Assembly (NCBI GenBank): GCA_963666515.2
Contig: OY762897.2
Coordinates: 4,512,001 to 4,576,000, forward strand
DNA length: 64,000 bases
Source of the DNA: Candidatus Binatia bacterium
GTDB lineage: Bacteria > Desulfobacterota > Binatia > UBA9968 > JAJDTQ01
Reading direction: 5' to 3'
Made by a program: the position numbers and the translations under genes. Position 1 is the stretch's first letter. Every line of letters begins with the position of its first letter. The notes under the pieces are model-generated. The model had not been told where the DNA came from. It did no database searches and saw only the letters and a list, made by a program, of their open reading frames with translations. Below are positions 52,163-61,313 of the stretch, piece after piece.

Positions 52163-53759
52163 CTTGTTGTTGTACGATACGACGTTACGGGACGGGTGCC
52201 AGAGCGAGGATGTCTCCTTCAGCCTGAAGGACAAGCTGCGGGTCGCGGAGAGCCTGGTGGACCTGGGCATCCACTACATCGAAGGCGGCTATCCCGGCTC
52301 CAATCCCCGGGACGCCGAGTTCTTCAAGGAAGTCCGGAACCTGAATCTCAGGAAGACACGTGTGGCGGCCTTCGGGACCACCCGCCGGCCGTCGGTCAAG
52401 CCGGCGCAGGACGCTAGCCTGAAGCTCTTGCTGGCGGCCAAGACCCCGGTGGTGACCCTGGTGGGGAAGACCTGGGACCTGCACGTGCGTGACGACCTCC
52501 GCATCAGCAAGAAGGCCAACCTGGAGGTGATCGGCGATTCCATCGCCTTCATGAAGAAGCGCGTCGACGAGGTGATGTTCGATGCCGAGCACTTCTTCGA
52601 CGGCTACCGCAGCAACCCGGAGTTCGCGCTGGAATGCCTGAAGGCGGCCGAGGCCGGCGGCGCCGACTGGATCGTGCTCTGCGACACCAACGGCGGCAAC
52701 ATGCCGGGCGACATCGGCGCGGCGGTGGCCCGTGTCAAGGAGGCAGTGAAGACGCCGCTGGGGATCCATTGCCACAACGACTGCGAGCTGGCGGTGGCCA
52801 ACACCATGGTGGCGGTGGAGAACGGCGTCCGCCAGGTGCAGGGCACCATCAACGGCTTCGGCGAGCGTTGCGGCAACCTGAACCTGTGCTCGGTGCTGCC
52901 CAACCTCCAGTTGAAGCAGGGCTACAAGTGCGTGCGCGCGTCGCAGTTGCGCCGGCTGCGGGAGATCTCGCACCTGGTCTACGAGCTGGCCAACGTGGTG
53001 CCGGCCAAGCGGCAGCCCTACGTGGGCGAGAGCGCGTTCGCGCACAAGGGCGGGCTCCACGTGTCCGGCATCATCAAGAACCGCGAGACCTACGAGCACA
53101 TCGAGCCGGAGCTGGTGGGTAGCCGCCAGCGCGTGCTGGTGTCGGACCTGTCCGGCCGCAGCAACATCGTCTACAAGGCGCGGGAGTACGACATCGACCT
53201 GAACGGCCAGGACCAGGCCGTGCACCAGATCCTCAACCGGATCAAGGAGCTGGAGAGCCAGGGCTACGAGTTCGAGGCCGCGGAGGCGTCCTTCGAGCTG
53301 CTGATCCAGGAGGCGCTGGGGAGGAAGAAGCGCAACTTCCGCCTCGACGGCTTCCGGGTCATCGACGAGAAGCGGGTGGAGGACGAGCCGCCGCTGTCCG
53401 AGGCCACCGTTAAGGTGGAGGTGAAAGGCGTGATGGAGCACGCCGCGGCCCTGGGCAGCGGGCCGGTGCACGCGCTGGACCGCGCCCTGCGCAAGGCGCT
53501 GACGGGGTTCTACCCGTCCCTGGAGGAAGTGGAGCTGCTGGACTACAAGGTCCGGGTACTGTCGTCCGGGGAGGGCACCGGCGCCTCGGTCCGGGTGCTC
53601 ATCGAGTCGGGCGACGGCCACAGCCAGTGGGGCACGGTGGGAGTGTCCCACAACGTCATAGAGGCGAGCTGGCAGGCGCTCGTGGACAGCATCGACTACA
53701 AGCTCTACAAGGACAGGAAGAGGAGGGGGCACGCGGCCAAGGCGCAGGCCGCGTCCTGA
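52155..53759 (+). CDS. cimA: Citramalate synthase
   Basis: [37 protein letters not shown] and W.TVGVS.NVIEASW motifs. Confidence 0.92.
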   Translation: MSDLLLYDTTLRDGCQSEDVSFSLKDKLRVAESLVDLGIHYIEGGYPGSNPRDAEFFKEVRNLNLRKTRVAAFGTTRRPSVKPAQDASLKLLLAAKTPVVTLVGKTWDLHVRDDLRISKKANLEVIGDSIAFMKKRVDEVMFDAEHFFDGYRSNPEFALECLKAAEAGGADWIVLCDTNGGNMPGDIGAAVARVKEAVKTPLGIHCHNDCELAVANTMVAVENGVRQVQGTINGFGERCGNLNLCSVLPNLQLKQGYKCVRASQLRRLREISHLVYELANVVPAKRQPYVGESAFAHKGGLHVSGIIKNRETYEHIEPELVGSRQRVLVSDLSGRSNIVYKAREYDIDLNGQDQAVHQILNRIKELESQGYEFEAAEASFELLIQEALGRKKRNFRLDGFRVIDEKRVEDEPPLSEATVKVEVKGVMEHAAALGSGPVHALDRALRKALTGFYPSLEEVELLDYKVRVLSSGEGTGASVRVLIESGDGHSQWGTVGVSHNVIEASWQALVDSIDYKLYKDRKRRGHAAKAQAAS

Positions 53760-53798
53760 CCGCGGCGTCAGCCGCGTCTTCCTGCGAGCCGGCCGCCC

Positions 53799-54512
53799 AT
53801 GTGGAGTATTCTGAAAGAAGACGTCCGGGTGGCGTTCGAGCGGGACCCCGCGGCGCGGAACCTGTTCGAGATCCTGGTCAGCTATCCGGGGGTGCACGCG
53901 CTCCTGTTCCACCGCTTCGCCCACCGGCTGTGGCGCCGCGGCTGGAAGAACTTCGCGCGTTTCTTGAGCCACCTGAGCCGCTTCCTTACCGGCGTCGAGA
54001 TCCATCCCGGTGTCACCGTGGGACGGCGGTTCTTCATCGACCACGGCATGGGAGTGGTCATCGGCGAGACCGCGCAGATCGGCGATGACGTGACCCTGTA
54101 CCAGGGCGTGACCCTGGGCGGCATCAGCCTGCGCAGGGAGAAGCGCCACCCCACGGTGGAGGACTGCGTCATCATCGGCGCCGGCGCCACCGTGCTGGGC
54201 CCGGTGGTGCTGGGGCGGAACAGCAAGATCGGGTCCGGATCGGTGGTGGTGAAGGACGTGCCGGCGAACTCCACGGTGGTGGGCGTGCCGGGAAAGGTGG
54301 TGGAAGGGGACGGCGTGCACCGGGACCCGGTGGAGCACCAGATCGCCCTGGACCACGACCGGCTCCCCGACCCCATGGCCAAGTCCCTCAACAACCTGGC
54401 GGAATACATTCAGCGGCTCGAGAAGCGGGTGAACGAGCTGGACGCCAAGCAGGGCGGCCTGGAGGCGCGCCATCGCGAAGAGGTGGAGGAGACCCGCCGA
54501 TACAAGAACTGA
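53799..54512 (+). CDS. cysE: Serine O-acetyltransferase
   Basis: [27 protein letters not shown] and KRHPT motifs. Confidence 0.95.
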   Translation: MWSILKEDVRVAFERDPAARNLFEILVSYPGVHALLFHRFAHRLWRRGWKNFARFLSHLSRFLTGVEIHPGVTVGRRFFIDHGMGVVIGETAQIGDDVTLYQGVTLGGISLRREKRHPTVEDCVIIGAGATVLGPVVLGRNSKIGSGSVVVKDVPANSTVVGVPGKVVEGDGVHRDPVEHQIALDHDRLPDPMAKSLNNLAEYIQRLEKRVNELDAKQGGLEARHREEVEETRRYKN

Positions 54513-54521
54513 GCCGAAACG

Positions 54522-55661
54522 GTGAGGGCAGCAGCGGAAAACAGAGTGGTGGTGGCCATGAGCGGCGGGGTGGACAGCTCGGTGGCGGCCGGTCTCCTGG
54601 TGGAGCAGGGGTACGAGGTCGTGGGGGTGTCGTTGCGCCTGTGGGAGGGCCGGAACCTGGGGCCGCGCAACTGCTCGGATCACAGGGGAGCCGCGGAGGT
54701 GGCGGCGCTGCTGGGCATCCCGCACACGGTGCTGGACGAGCGGGACGCTTTCCGCAAGGCGGTGGTGACGCCCTTCGCCCAAAGCTACCTGGACGGGACC
54801 ACGCCCAATCCGTGCGTCGCCTGCAACCGCCAGTTCAAGATCGAGAAGCTGCTGGCCTGGGCCGAGGCCCGGGGCATCCCCCGCGTGGCCACCGGCCACT
54901 ACGCCCGCATCGGGTGCGGCGGCCACTCGCTGCTGCGCGGATCGGACCGCAACAAGGACCAGTCGTATTTCCTCTTCGCGCTGTCACGGCGCCAGCTAGA
55001 GCGCACCGTCTTCCCCCTGGGGGAGCTTCACAAGGATGCCGTTCGCGCCAAGGCCCGGGAGATGGGGCTTCCGGTGGCCGAGCGGCCGGAGAGCCAGGAC
55101 ATCTGCCTCGGCGATCACCGCGCGGTGGTCGCGTCATTGGCCGGGCCGGACCAGCTCGGCGCAGGGGAGATCGTGGACACCCGCGGGAAGGTCCTGGGGC
55201 GTCACAACGGGGTGCATGGCTTCACCGTGGGGCAGAGAAAGGGCCTGGGGATCGCGGCGTCGAGGCCGCTGTACGTGCTCCGCATCGACGCGGAACGGAG
55301 ACGGGTGGTGGTGGGCCCGCGCGAAGAGCTGGCCATGCCTTCCTTTACGGCGAGTCGCCTGCACTGGATCGAGCCGCCGCTTGGCGAGGAAAGCGCCGCC
55401 GAGGTGCAGATACGTTACCGGTCGCGACCGGTGCCCTGCACCTTGCGGCCCCTGAACGGCCACGGCGTCGAGGTCCGACCCGACGAGCCGCTGGCGTCGG
55501 TGACTCCGGGGCAGGCCGCGGTGTTCTATCGTGGTGATCGGGTCCTGGGCGGCGGCTGGATCGACCGGCAAGGAAGCGTCCGTCCAACCTCCTTGACCCC
55601 ACCCTACGTGGAAGAGGCACGTACTCCGACCCTCTCTCCCTCTGGTAGAGGGTTGGGTTGA
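54522..55661 (+). CDS. mnmA: tRNA 2-thiouridylase
   Basis: AMSGGVDSS, TPNPCVACN, ATGHYAR, KDQSYFL, TVGQRKGLG and TPGQAAVFY motifs. Confidence 0.95.
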   Translation: MRAAAENRVVVAMSGGVDSSVAAGLLVEQGYEVVGVSLRLWEGRNLGPRNCSDHRGAAEVAALLGIPHTVLDERDAFRKAVVTPFAQSYLDGTTPNPCVACNRQFKIEKLLAWAEARGIPRVATGHYARIGCGGHSLLRGSDRNKDQSYFLFALSRRQLERTVFPLGELHKDAVRAKAREMGLPVAERPESQDICLGDHRAVVASLAGPDQLGAGEIVDTRGKVLGRHNGVHGFTVGQRKGLGIAASRPLYVLRIDAERRRVVVGPREELAMPSFTASRLHWIEPPLGEESAAEVQIRYRSRPVPCTLRPLNGHGVEVRPDEPLASVTPGQAAVFYRGDRVLGGGWIDRQGSVRPTSLTPPYVEEARTPTLSPSGRGLG

Positions 55662-55664
55662 GGG
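55630..55664. repeat. REP-like palindrome family B, copy 2 (spans the mnmA stop)
   Basis: CCCTCTCTCCCTCTGGTAGAGGGTTGGGTTGAGGG resembles 12242-12270. Confidence 0.55.
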
Positions 55665-55672
55665 TCTCCCGA

Positions 55673-57049
55673 ATGTCCATGCGCGTCGCCATCAAGACCC
55701 TGGGTTGCAAGATCAACCAGTACGACTCCGCGGTGATCCAGGAACGTCTGGCGCGGGAGTCGTGCTCCTTCGTCCCCTTCGAGGACCCGGCCGACGTCTA
55801 TGTCCTCAACACCTGCACCGTGACGGACCGGGCGGACTGGGAAGCGCGGCAACTCGTGCGCAAGGCCCGGCGGCGGAGCCCGGCGGCGCGGGTGGTGGTG
55901 ACCGGCTGCTACGCGCAGGTGAGTCCGGAGGAAGTATCGCGGGTTCCCGGCGTCGATTTCGTGGTCGGCCTGAACCGCATGGACGAGCTGGTCCGTTACG
56001 TCGGCGACGGGGAAGCCGGCGCCACACCCGCGGTGCCGGCGGGCAATCCCCGGGACGCTCGCGCGGGAGGCCGTCGAGCCGGATCGGGAGGCGCCGCGGT
56101 GTCCGTCGGCAACCCCCGGGACGAGCGCGGCGTGGCCGTCCTGGGCGCGCGGCGTTTCCTGGGCCGCACCCGGGCGTTCCTCAAGGTGCAGGAAGGGTGC
56201 AACTTCGCCTGCAGCTACTGCATCATCCCCACCGCTCGCGGCCGCAGCCGCAGCGTGCCGCCGGAGCGGGTGCTGGAACAGGTGCGCGGACTGGCGGACG
56301 CGGGCTTCTCGGAGATCGTCCTCACCGGCATCCACCTCGGCGGCTACGGCTACGACCTCTCGCCCCGGCTGCCCCTCAGCGGACTCGTGCGGCGGATCGC
56401 CGAGAGCGGACTGGTCTCCCGCCTGCGGCTCAGCTCCCTGGACCCGCGGGAGGTGACGGACGAGCTGCTGGCGGTGATGGCCGGCTCGGAGGTGATCTGC
56501 CCGCACCTGCACGTGTGCGTCCAGGCCGGCGAGGACGGCATCCTCAGGAAGATGCGCCGCAACTACGACACCGCCTACTTCGCCCGGTTGATGGCTCGCG
56601 CGCGAGGGAAGCTGCCCCGGGCCGCCCTGGGCACGGACGTCATCGTGGGATTCCCGGGGGAGACGGAACAGGCTTTCGGGGCGTCGCTGGATTTCCTGGC
56701 GGACCTGCCGCTGACCTACTTCCACGTGTTCCCGTACTCGGTCCGCCGCGGGACCCCGGCCGCGGACATGGCCGATCAGGTGGCGTCGGCCGAGAAGAAG
56801 GAACGCTCGCGCCGGGCGCGCGACCTCGGAGCCCGGAAGAAGCACGAGTTCTACGCGAGCCAGGTGGGACGCCGGGTGTCGGTCCTGGTGGAAGAGCCGG
56901 CCGCGGGTGAGCCGGGCGGGCTCAAGGGCTACAGCCGCAACTACCTGCCCGTGCTCCTTTCAGGCGGCCCCGACCTCGTCCACCGCGAGGTGTCCGTGAG
57001 GCTCCAGGAGTGGTCGGGCGGACGGCTGTGGGGGGAGGTCGAATGCTGA
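55673..57049 (+). CDS. mtaB: tRNA t6A37 methylthiotransferase
   Basis: TLGCKINQYDS, NTCTVT, TGCYAQ, radical SAM CNFACSYC and IVGFPGET motifs. Confidence 0.92.
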   Translation: MSMRVAIKTLGCKINQYDSAVIQERLARESCSFVPFEDPADVYVLNTCTVTDRADWEARQLVRKARRRSPAARVVVTGCYAQVSPEEVSRVPGVDFVVGLNRMDELVRYVGDGEAGATPAVPAGNPRDARAGGRRAGSGGAAVSVGNPRDERGVAVLGARRFLGRTRAFLKVQEGCNFACSYCIIPTARGRSRSVPPERVLEQVRGLADAGFSEIVLTGIHLGGYGYDLSPRLPLSGLVRRIAESGLVSRLRLSSLDPREVTDELLAVMAGSEVICPHLHVCVQAGEDGILRKMRRNYDTAYFARLMARARGKLPRAALGTDVIVGFPGETEQAFGASLDFLADLPLTYFHVFPYSVRRGTPAADMADQVASAEKKERSRRARDLGARKKHEFYASQVGRRVSVLVEEPAAGEPGGLKGYSRNYLPVLLSGGPDLVHREVSVRLQEWSGGRLWGEVEC

Positions 57050-57747
57050 CCGGAGCCCCCTCCGAACTGGAACGGCTCCAGCACGCTCTCGGCTACCGCT
57101 TCCAGGACGCCGCGCTGCTGGAGCGCTGCCTGACCCACGTATCGTGCGGCGGCGGCATGGACGCACACAACGAATCCCTGGAGTTTCTCGGCGACGCGGT
57201 GCTGAGCCTCGCCATCAGCGACCTGCTCATGCGCCGGTTCCCCGAGCGGAGCGAGGGCGACCTCTCGCGCATGCGGGCGTCGCTGGTGAACGGCCGGGTG
57301 CTGGCGGAAAAGGCGCGCCTGCTGCGGGTCGGCGAAGTGCTGCGGGTGGGGAAGGGCGAGGAGCGCACCGGCGGCCGGCACAAGGAGTCGATCCTGGCGG
57401 CGGCGCTGGAGGCGTTGCTGGGCGGCATCTACTGGGAGGCCGGGTACGACGCGGCGCGGCCCGTGGTGGAGGCCCATTTCGCCGCCGACCTGGACCACGG
57501 CGGACTGGGGCGCGACGACTACAAGACCCGTCTCCAGGAGGTGACCCAGCGTCTCTACCGCGTTCCGCCCACCTACCGGCTGATTCGGGAGTCGGGTCCC
57601 AGCCACGACAAGTATTTCGAGACCGAGATCCGGGTGGACGGCAACCTGGTGGGCCAGGGAGAGGGCCGGAGCAAGAAGCAGTCCGAGCAGGAAGCGGCGC
57701 GGCGCGCCCTGGAGATGCTCCAGGGGCAACTTCAGGGTCAGCAGTAG
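57043..57747 (+). CDS. rnc: Ribonuclease III
   Basis: NESLEFLGDAVL, EALLGGIY and dsRBD DYKTRLQE...SKKQSEQ.AA. Confidence 0.95.
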   Translation: MLTGAPSELERLQHALGYRFQDAALLERCLTHVSCGGGMDAHNESLEFLGDAVLSLAISDLLMRRFPERSEGDLSRMRASLVNGRVLAEKARLLRVGEVLRVGKGEERTGGRHKESILAAALEALLGGIYWEAGYDAARPVVEAHFAADLDHGGLGRDDYKTRLQEVTQRLYRVPPTYRLIRESGPSHDKYFETEIRVDGNLVGQGEGRSKKQSEQEAARRALEMLQGQLQGQQ

Positions 57748-57831
57748 CGTTCGAGCCCGCGGTCCTGTCCCGGGAACCTGCTTGCGGGACGGGCTGTCGG
57801 CGGCTCGTGTTTCAGTCATCTTCAGTCATCC

Positions 57832-58866
57832 ATGGCGAAGCTCACGTACAAGGACGCCGGCGTGGACGTGGAGGGGGCGAGCCGGCTGGTCCGCTCGGTG
57901 GCGTCGCTGGCCCGCGGAACCGCGCGGCCCGGCCTCCTGGGCGGCATCGGCGGGTTCGGCGGGCTCTTCGACCTCACCCGCATCCGCGCCCGCCGGCCCG
58001 TGCTGGTGTCGTCCACGGACGGCGTGGGCACCAAGCTCAGGATCGCGTTCATGGCCGGCCGCCATGACACCGTCGGCATCGACCTGGTGGCCATGGGCGT
58101 CAACGACATCGTCACCCAGGGCGCAGAGCCGCTGTTCTTCCTCGACTACTTCGCCACCGGCAAGCTGGAGCCCGCCACCTTCAAGGCGGTGGTAGCCGGG
58201 GTCGCGGAAGGCTGCCGCCAGGCCGGGTGCGCGCTCCTGGGCGGAGAGACCGCGGAGATGCCGTCCTTCTACCGGGACGGCGAGTACGACCTGGCGGGTT
58301 TTTGTGTCGGCGTCGTCGAGAAGGACCGCATCCCCGATGCCCGCAACGTACGCGCCGGCGACGTGATCATCGGCCTGCCGTCCAGCGGGCTCCACAGCAA
58401 CGGCTATTCGCTGGCGCGGAAGGTGCTGCTGGAGACCGCGAAGCTCAGGTTGAAGTCCCGGATGGCGGAACTGGGAAGGCCCCTGGCCGACGAGCTGCTG
58501 GAGCCCACCCGGATCTACGCCAGCCTGATCAAGGGGCTGACGGCGCGCCACCGCATCAAGGGCATCGCCCACATCACCGGCGGCGGCATCGTGGAGAACC
58601 TGCCGCGGGTGCTGCCGCCCGGTCTGCGGGCGTGGGTGCGCCGGGGAAGCTGGCCCGTGCCGCCGATCTTCGATCTCATCGCGCGGCTGGGAGGCGTCGC
58701 CCAAGGGGAGATGGACCGCACCTTCAACACCGGCATCGGCATGGCGCTGGTGGTAGGGGCGGATGCGGTGGACGGGGTCCGGCGGGCGCTGCGCCGCCGG
58801 CGCGAGCCCCATGCCGTCATCGGCGAGGTCCGCAAGGGCCGCCGCGGCGTCTCGTTCATCAAGTAG
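57832..58866 (+). CDS. purM: Phosphoribosylformylglycinamidine cyclo-ligase
   Basis: YKDAGVD, TDGVGTK, GGETAEMP, SSGLHSNGYSL and AHITGGG motifs. Confidence 0.97.
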   Translation: MAKLTYKDAGVDVEGASRLVRSVASLARGTARPGLLGGIGGFGGLFDLTRIRARRPVLVSSTDGVGTKLRIAFMAGRHDTVGIDLVAMGVNDIVTQGAEPLFFLDYFATGKLEPATFKAVVAGVAEGCRQAGCALLGGETAEMPSFYRDGEYDLAGFCVGVVEKDRIPDARNVRAGDVIIGLPSSGLHSNGYSLARKVLLETAKLRLKSRMAELGRPLADELLEPTRIYASLIKGLTARHRIKGIAHITGGGIVENLPRVLPPGLRAWVRRGSWPVPPIFDLIARLGGVAQGEMDRTFNTGIGMALVVGADAVDGVRRALRRRREPHAVIGEVRKGRRGVSFIK

Positions 58867-58925
58867 CGGCGGGTTTCAATATCTGCCGGCGCCCGTCATC
58901 GCGGCGCAGAAAAAGTGAGTCTCCT

Positions 58926-59609
58926 ATGAACCGCAAAATCCCCATCGGCGTCCTGCTCTCGGGCGGAGGCACCAACCTCCAGGCGATCATCGACGCCATC
59001 GAAAGCGGCAACCTGGACGCAGACATCCGCACCGTCGTCAGCAACCGCGAGAACGCCTACGGCCTCACCCGCGCCCGCAACCACGGCATCCCCGCCACCG
59101 TCATCGACCACCGCGGCCACCCGTCACGGGAAGCATACGACCGGGTGGTGGTGGAGCACCTCAAGGGACAGGGCGTGGATCTCGTGGTGCTGGCGGGCTT
59201 CATGCGCTTGCTGTCGCCGCTCTTCATCCAGAGCTTCCCCGACCGCATCATGAACATCCACCCCGCGCTGTCGCCCTCCTTCGCCGGCCTCCACGGCCAG
59301 CGCCAAGCCTTCGAGTACGGCGTCAAGTTCTCCGGCTGCACCGTCCACTTCGTCAGCGAGGGCTGCGACGAAGGCCCCATCATCATCCAGGCCGTCGTCC
59401 CTGTCCTGCCAGATGACACAGAGGAAACCCTCGCGCACCGCATCCTGGTCCAGGAACACCGCATCTACCCCCAGGCCATCCAGCTCTACGGCGAAGGCCG
59501 GCTCGTGATCGAGGGCAGGAAGGTGAAGGTGACGGGGGAGAATGGGGCTGCCGACGAGGATAGTGCGCTGGTGAATCCGCCCATTCCTGGACGGTCCGAG
59601 ACGCGTTGA
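58926..59609 (+). CDS. purN: Phosphoribosylglycinamide formyltransferase
   Basis: SGGGTNLQA, LAGFMR, NIHP, GCTVHFV and EHRIYP motifs. Confidence 0.96.
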   Translation: MNRKIPIGVLLSGGGTNLQAIIDAIESGNLDADIRTVVSNRENAYGLTRARNHGIPATVIDHRGHPSREAYDRVVVEHLKGQGVDLVVLAGFMRLLSPLFIQSFPDRIMNIHPALSPSFAGLHGQRQAFEYGVKFSGCTVHFVSEGCDEGPIIIQAVVPVLPDDTEETLAHRILVQEHRIYPQAIQLYGEGRLVIEGRKVKVTGENGAADEDSALVNPPIPGRSETR

Positions 59610-59617
59610 TCCGGTAC

Positions 59618-59650
59618 TTGACCGAGACCCACGATCCGGGTATATCCCGG
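59618..59650 (+). promoter_or_regulatory. Promoter and operator of the TA pair
   Basis: TTGACC, 17-bp spacer, TATATC; the -10 box lies inside IR CCGGG-TATAT-CCCGG (59636-59650). Confidence 0.65.
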
Positions 59651-59671
59651 TAACGTTTCCGAGGAGGTGCA

Positions 59672-59992
59672 ATGGCTAGCCAACCGGAACAAGAAGGATC
59701 GAACCGGCGGGTCATCCGACACCGTGTACGGGTGTCCGCCGAAGGGTTGAGGCGGGTTGAGGTGACCGTGCCGGCAAACGACTCTCAACTCGTAAAGGCA
59801 TTGGCAGGCGTGCTTCGTGCGGGGGGCGATGAGGCGATGAGGGTGCGCGAGGCCTTCATGTCAATGACGGCTACGGAACCCGTGCGCACTGGCGCCGAGC
59901 TCCTGGTTTTCCTACGCACCTCGCCGCTGGTGGGTGAAGACCTGACAATCGAGCGTGACAAAACCACGGGCCGCACGGTCGACCTCGGATAA
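59672..59992 (+). CDS. Putative antitoxin
   Basis: Small gene coupled (TAATG) to a PIN toxin; RVIRHR...GLRRVEVTVP N-terminus and FLRTSPL.G.DL..ER C-terminus. Confidence 0.72.
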   Translation: MASQPEQEGSNRRVIRHRVRVSAEGLRRVEVTVPANDSQLVKALAGVLRAGGDEAMRVREAFMSMTATEPVRTGAELLVFLRTSPLVGEDLTIERDKTTGRTVDLG

Positions 59993-60417
59993 TGGCTTAC
60001 CTGATCGACACGAACGTGATCAGTGAGACTTTCAAGCCGCGACCCGAACGTCGCGTGGTCGATTGGATTGGTCGCCAGATGGCAAGTGATCTGTTCCTTG
60101 CGTCGATCAGCCTTGGTGAACTGGTGCGCGGCGTCCGCCGCATGAGGGAGCAGGCCAGGAGAGAACGCTTTGAACGGTGGATTGATCACGATCTGGCCGC
60201 CCAGTTTCAGGGGCGCATCCTTCCCTTCGACCATGAAGCAGCGGTGATTTGGGGTGAGATCATGGGCGACGGCGACCGGACCGGGCGGCCGAGACCCATG
60301 GCCGACGCGCAAATTGCCGCCGTCGCCCGACGGCATGGTCTGACGCTTGTCACCCGCAATATCCGCGACTTCGCAAAGATGGAAGTGGAGATGTTCGACC
60401 CTTGGGGGTCAGCCTGA
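59992..60417 (+). CDS. vapC: VapC/FitB-like PIN toxin
   Basis: YLIDTNVISE, SLGEL..G, DAQIAAVA and VTRNIRDF motifs. Confidence 0.92.
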   Translation: MAYLIDTNVISETFKPRPERRVVDWIGRQMASDLFLASISLGELVRGVRRMREQARRERFERWIDHDLAAQFQGRILPFDHEAAVIWGEIMGDGDRTGRPRPMADAQIAAVARRHGLTLVTRNIRDFAKMEVEMFDPWGSA

Positions 60418-60440
60418 CTTCGTGAACGAACTGGTGCCAC

Positions 60441-61313
60441 ATGCCAAAACTTGACGGCGATGGGAACTTGGCAACGAAGCCGGTATTGCCGTTCCTCAAA
60501 TGGCCAGGTGGTAAACGGTGGCTCGTTCCCATCCTACTGACAACTATTCAGCCGACGAAGTTTAAGACGTATTACGAGCCATTTCTCGGTGGTGGTGCGT
60601 TCTTTTTCGCGCTGAATCCCGCAAGTGCTGTTCTTTCAGATGTTAACTCGGACCTAATTAACACCTACCGACAAGTCAGGTACCGTCCTTCCGTCTTGAT
60701 TCGTCAACTCCAAATGTTACCCGTGACAAGGCAGACCTACGAGTCACAGCGCAGACACTCGCCCAAGCGATCTCTCGACCGAGCAGTCCGTTTCCTGTAT
60801 TTGAACCGCACCGCTTTCGGTGGTATCCATCGCCTTAACCAGAGGGGCGAATTCAACGTCCCGTTTGGCGGCGGCGAGCGAACTCCGAAACCCCTTTGGC
60901 AGTCTGGTTTGTTACAAAGAGCCGCACGAGCTCTTCGATCAAGCACCCTTAAAGTTTGCGACTTTGAGCTCGCGATTTCTGAAGCTGATTGTGGCGATCT
61001 GGTCTACTGCGATCCAACGTATACTGTCGCGCACAACAACAACGGCTTCGTTCGATACAACGAGAACAATTTTTCCTGGGCGGATCAGCGGCGACTTGCC
61101 AAGTGCTGTCGTCAGGCGTCGCGAAGGGGTGCGACGGTCATCGTCAGTAACGCGGCTAGTCCGGATGTTCTTGAGCTATTCGATCCCCCACGGCATTTTA
61201 CTGTGAGTCGATCTAGCAACCTCTGTCCCAGAGTAGAGTATCGGCGTGCAACAGAGGAATACTTGTTCGTTTTCTCCTCGGACACGACAGCCCGAGTTGG
61301 ATCGACCGAGTGA
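60441..61313 (+). CDS. Dam-family (D12 class) DNA adenine methyltransferase with variant DPTY motif
   Basis: LKWPGGKRWL, YYEPFLGGGA, SDVNSDLIN, FLYLNRTAF.G...N..G.FNVPFG and VYCDPTY motifs. Confidence 0.9.
   Translation: MPKLDGDGNLATKPVLPFLKWPGGKRWLVPILLTTIQPTKFKTYYEPFLGGGAFFFALNPASAVLSDVNSDLINTYRQVRYRPSVLIRQLQMLPVTRQTYESQRRHSPKRSLDRAVRFLYLNRTAFGGIHRLNQRGEFNVPFGGGERTPKPLWQSGLLQRAARALRSSTLKVCDFELAISEADCGDLVYCDPTYTVAHNNNGFVRYNENNFSWADQRRLAKCCRQASRRGATVIVSNAASPDVLELFDPPRHFTVSRSSNLCPRVEYRRATEEYLFVFSSDTTARVGSTE

Noticed and set aside
52185-54926. 913-aa minus-strand ORF and similar long ORFs (825-3347, 5238-6995, 43756-45639, 47978-50272)
   Set aside because: Shadow or alternate frames of well-supported high-GC genes; no recognisable motifs.
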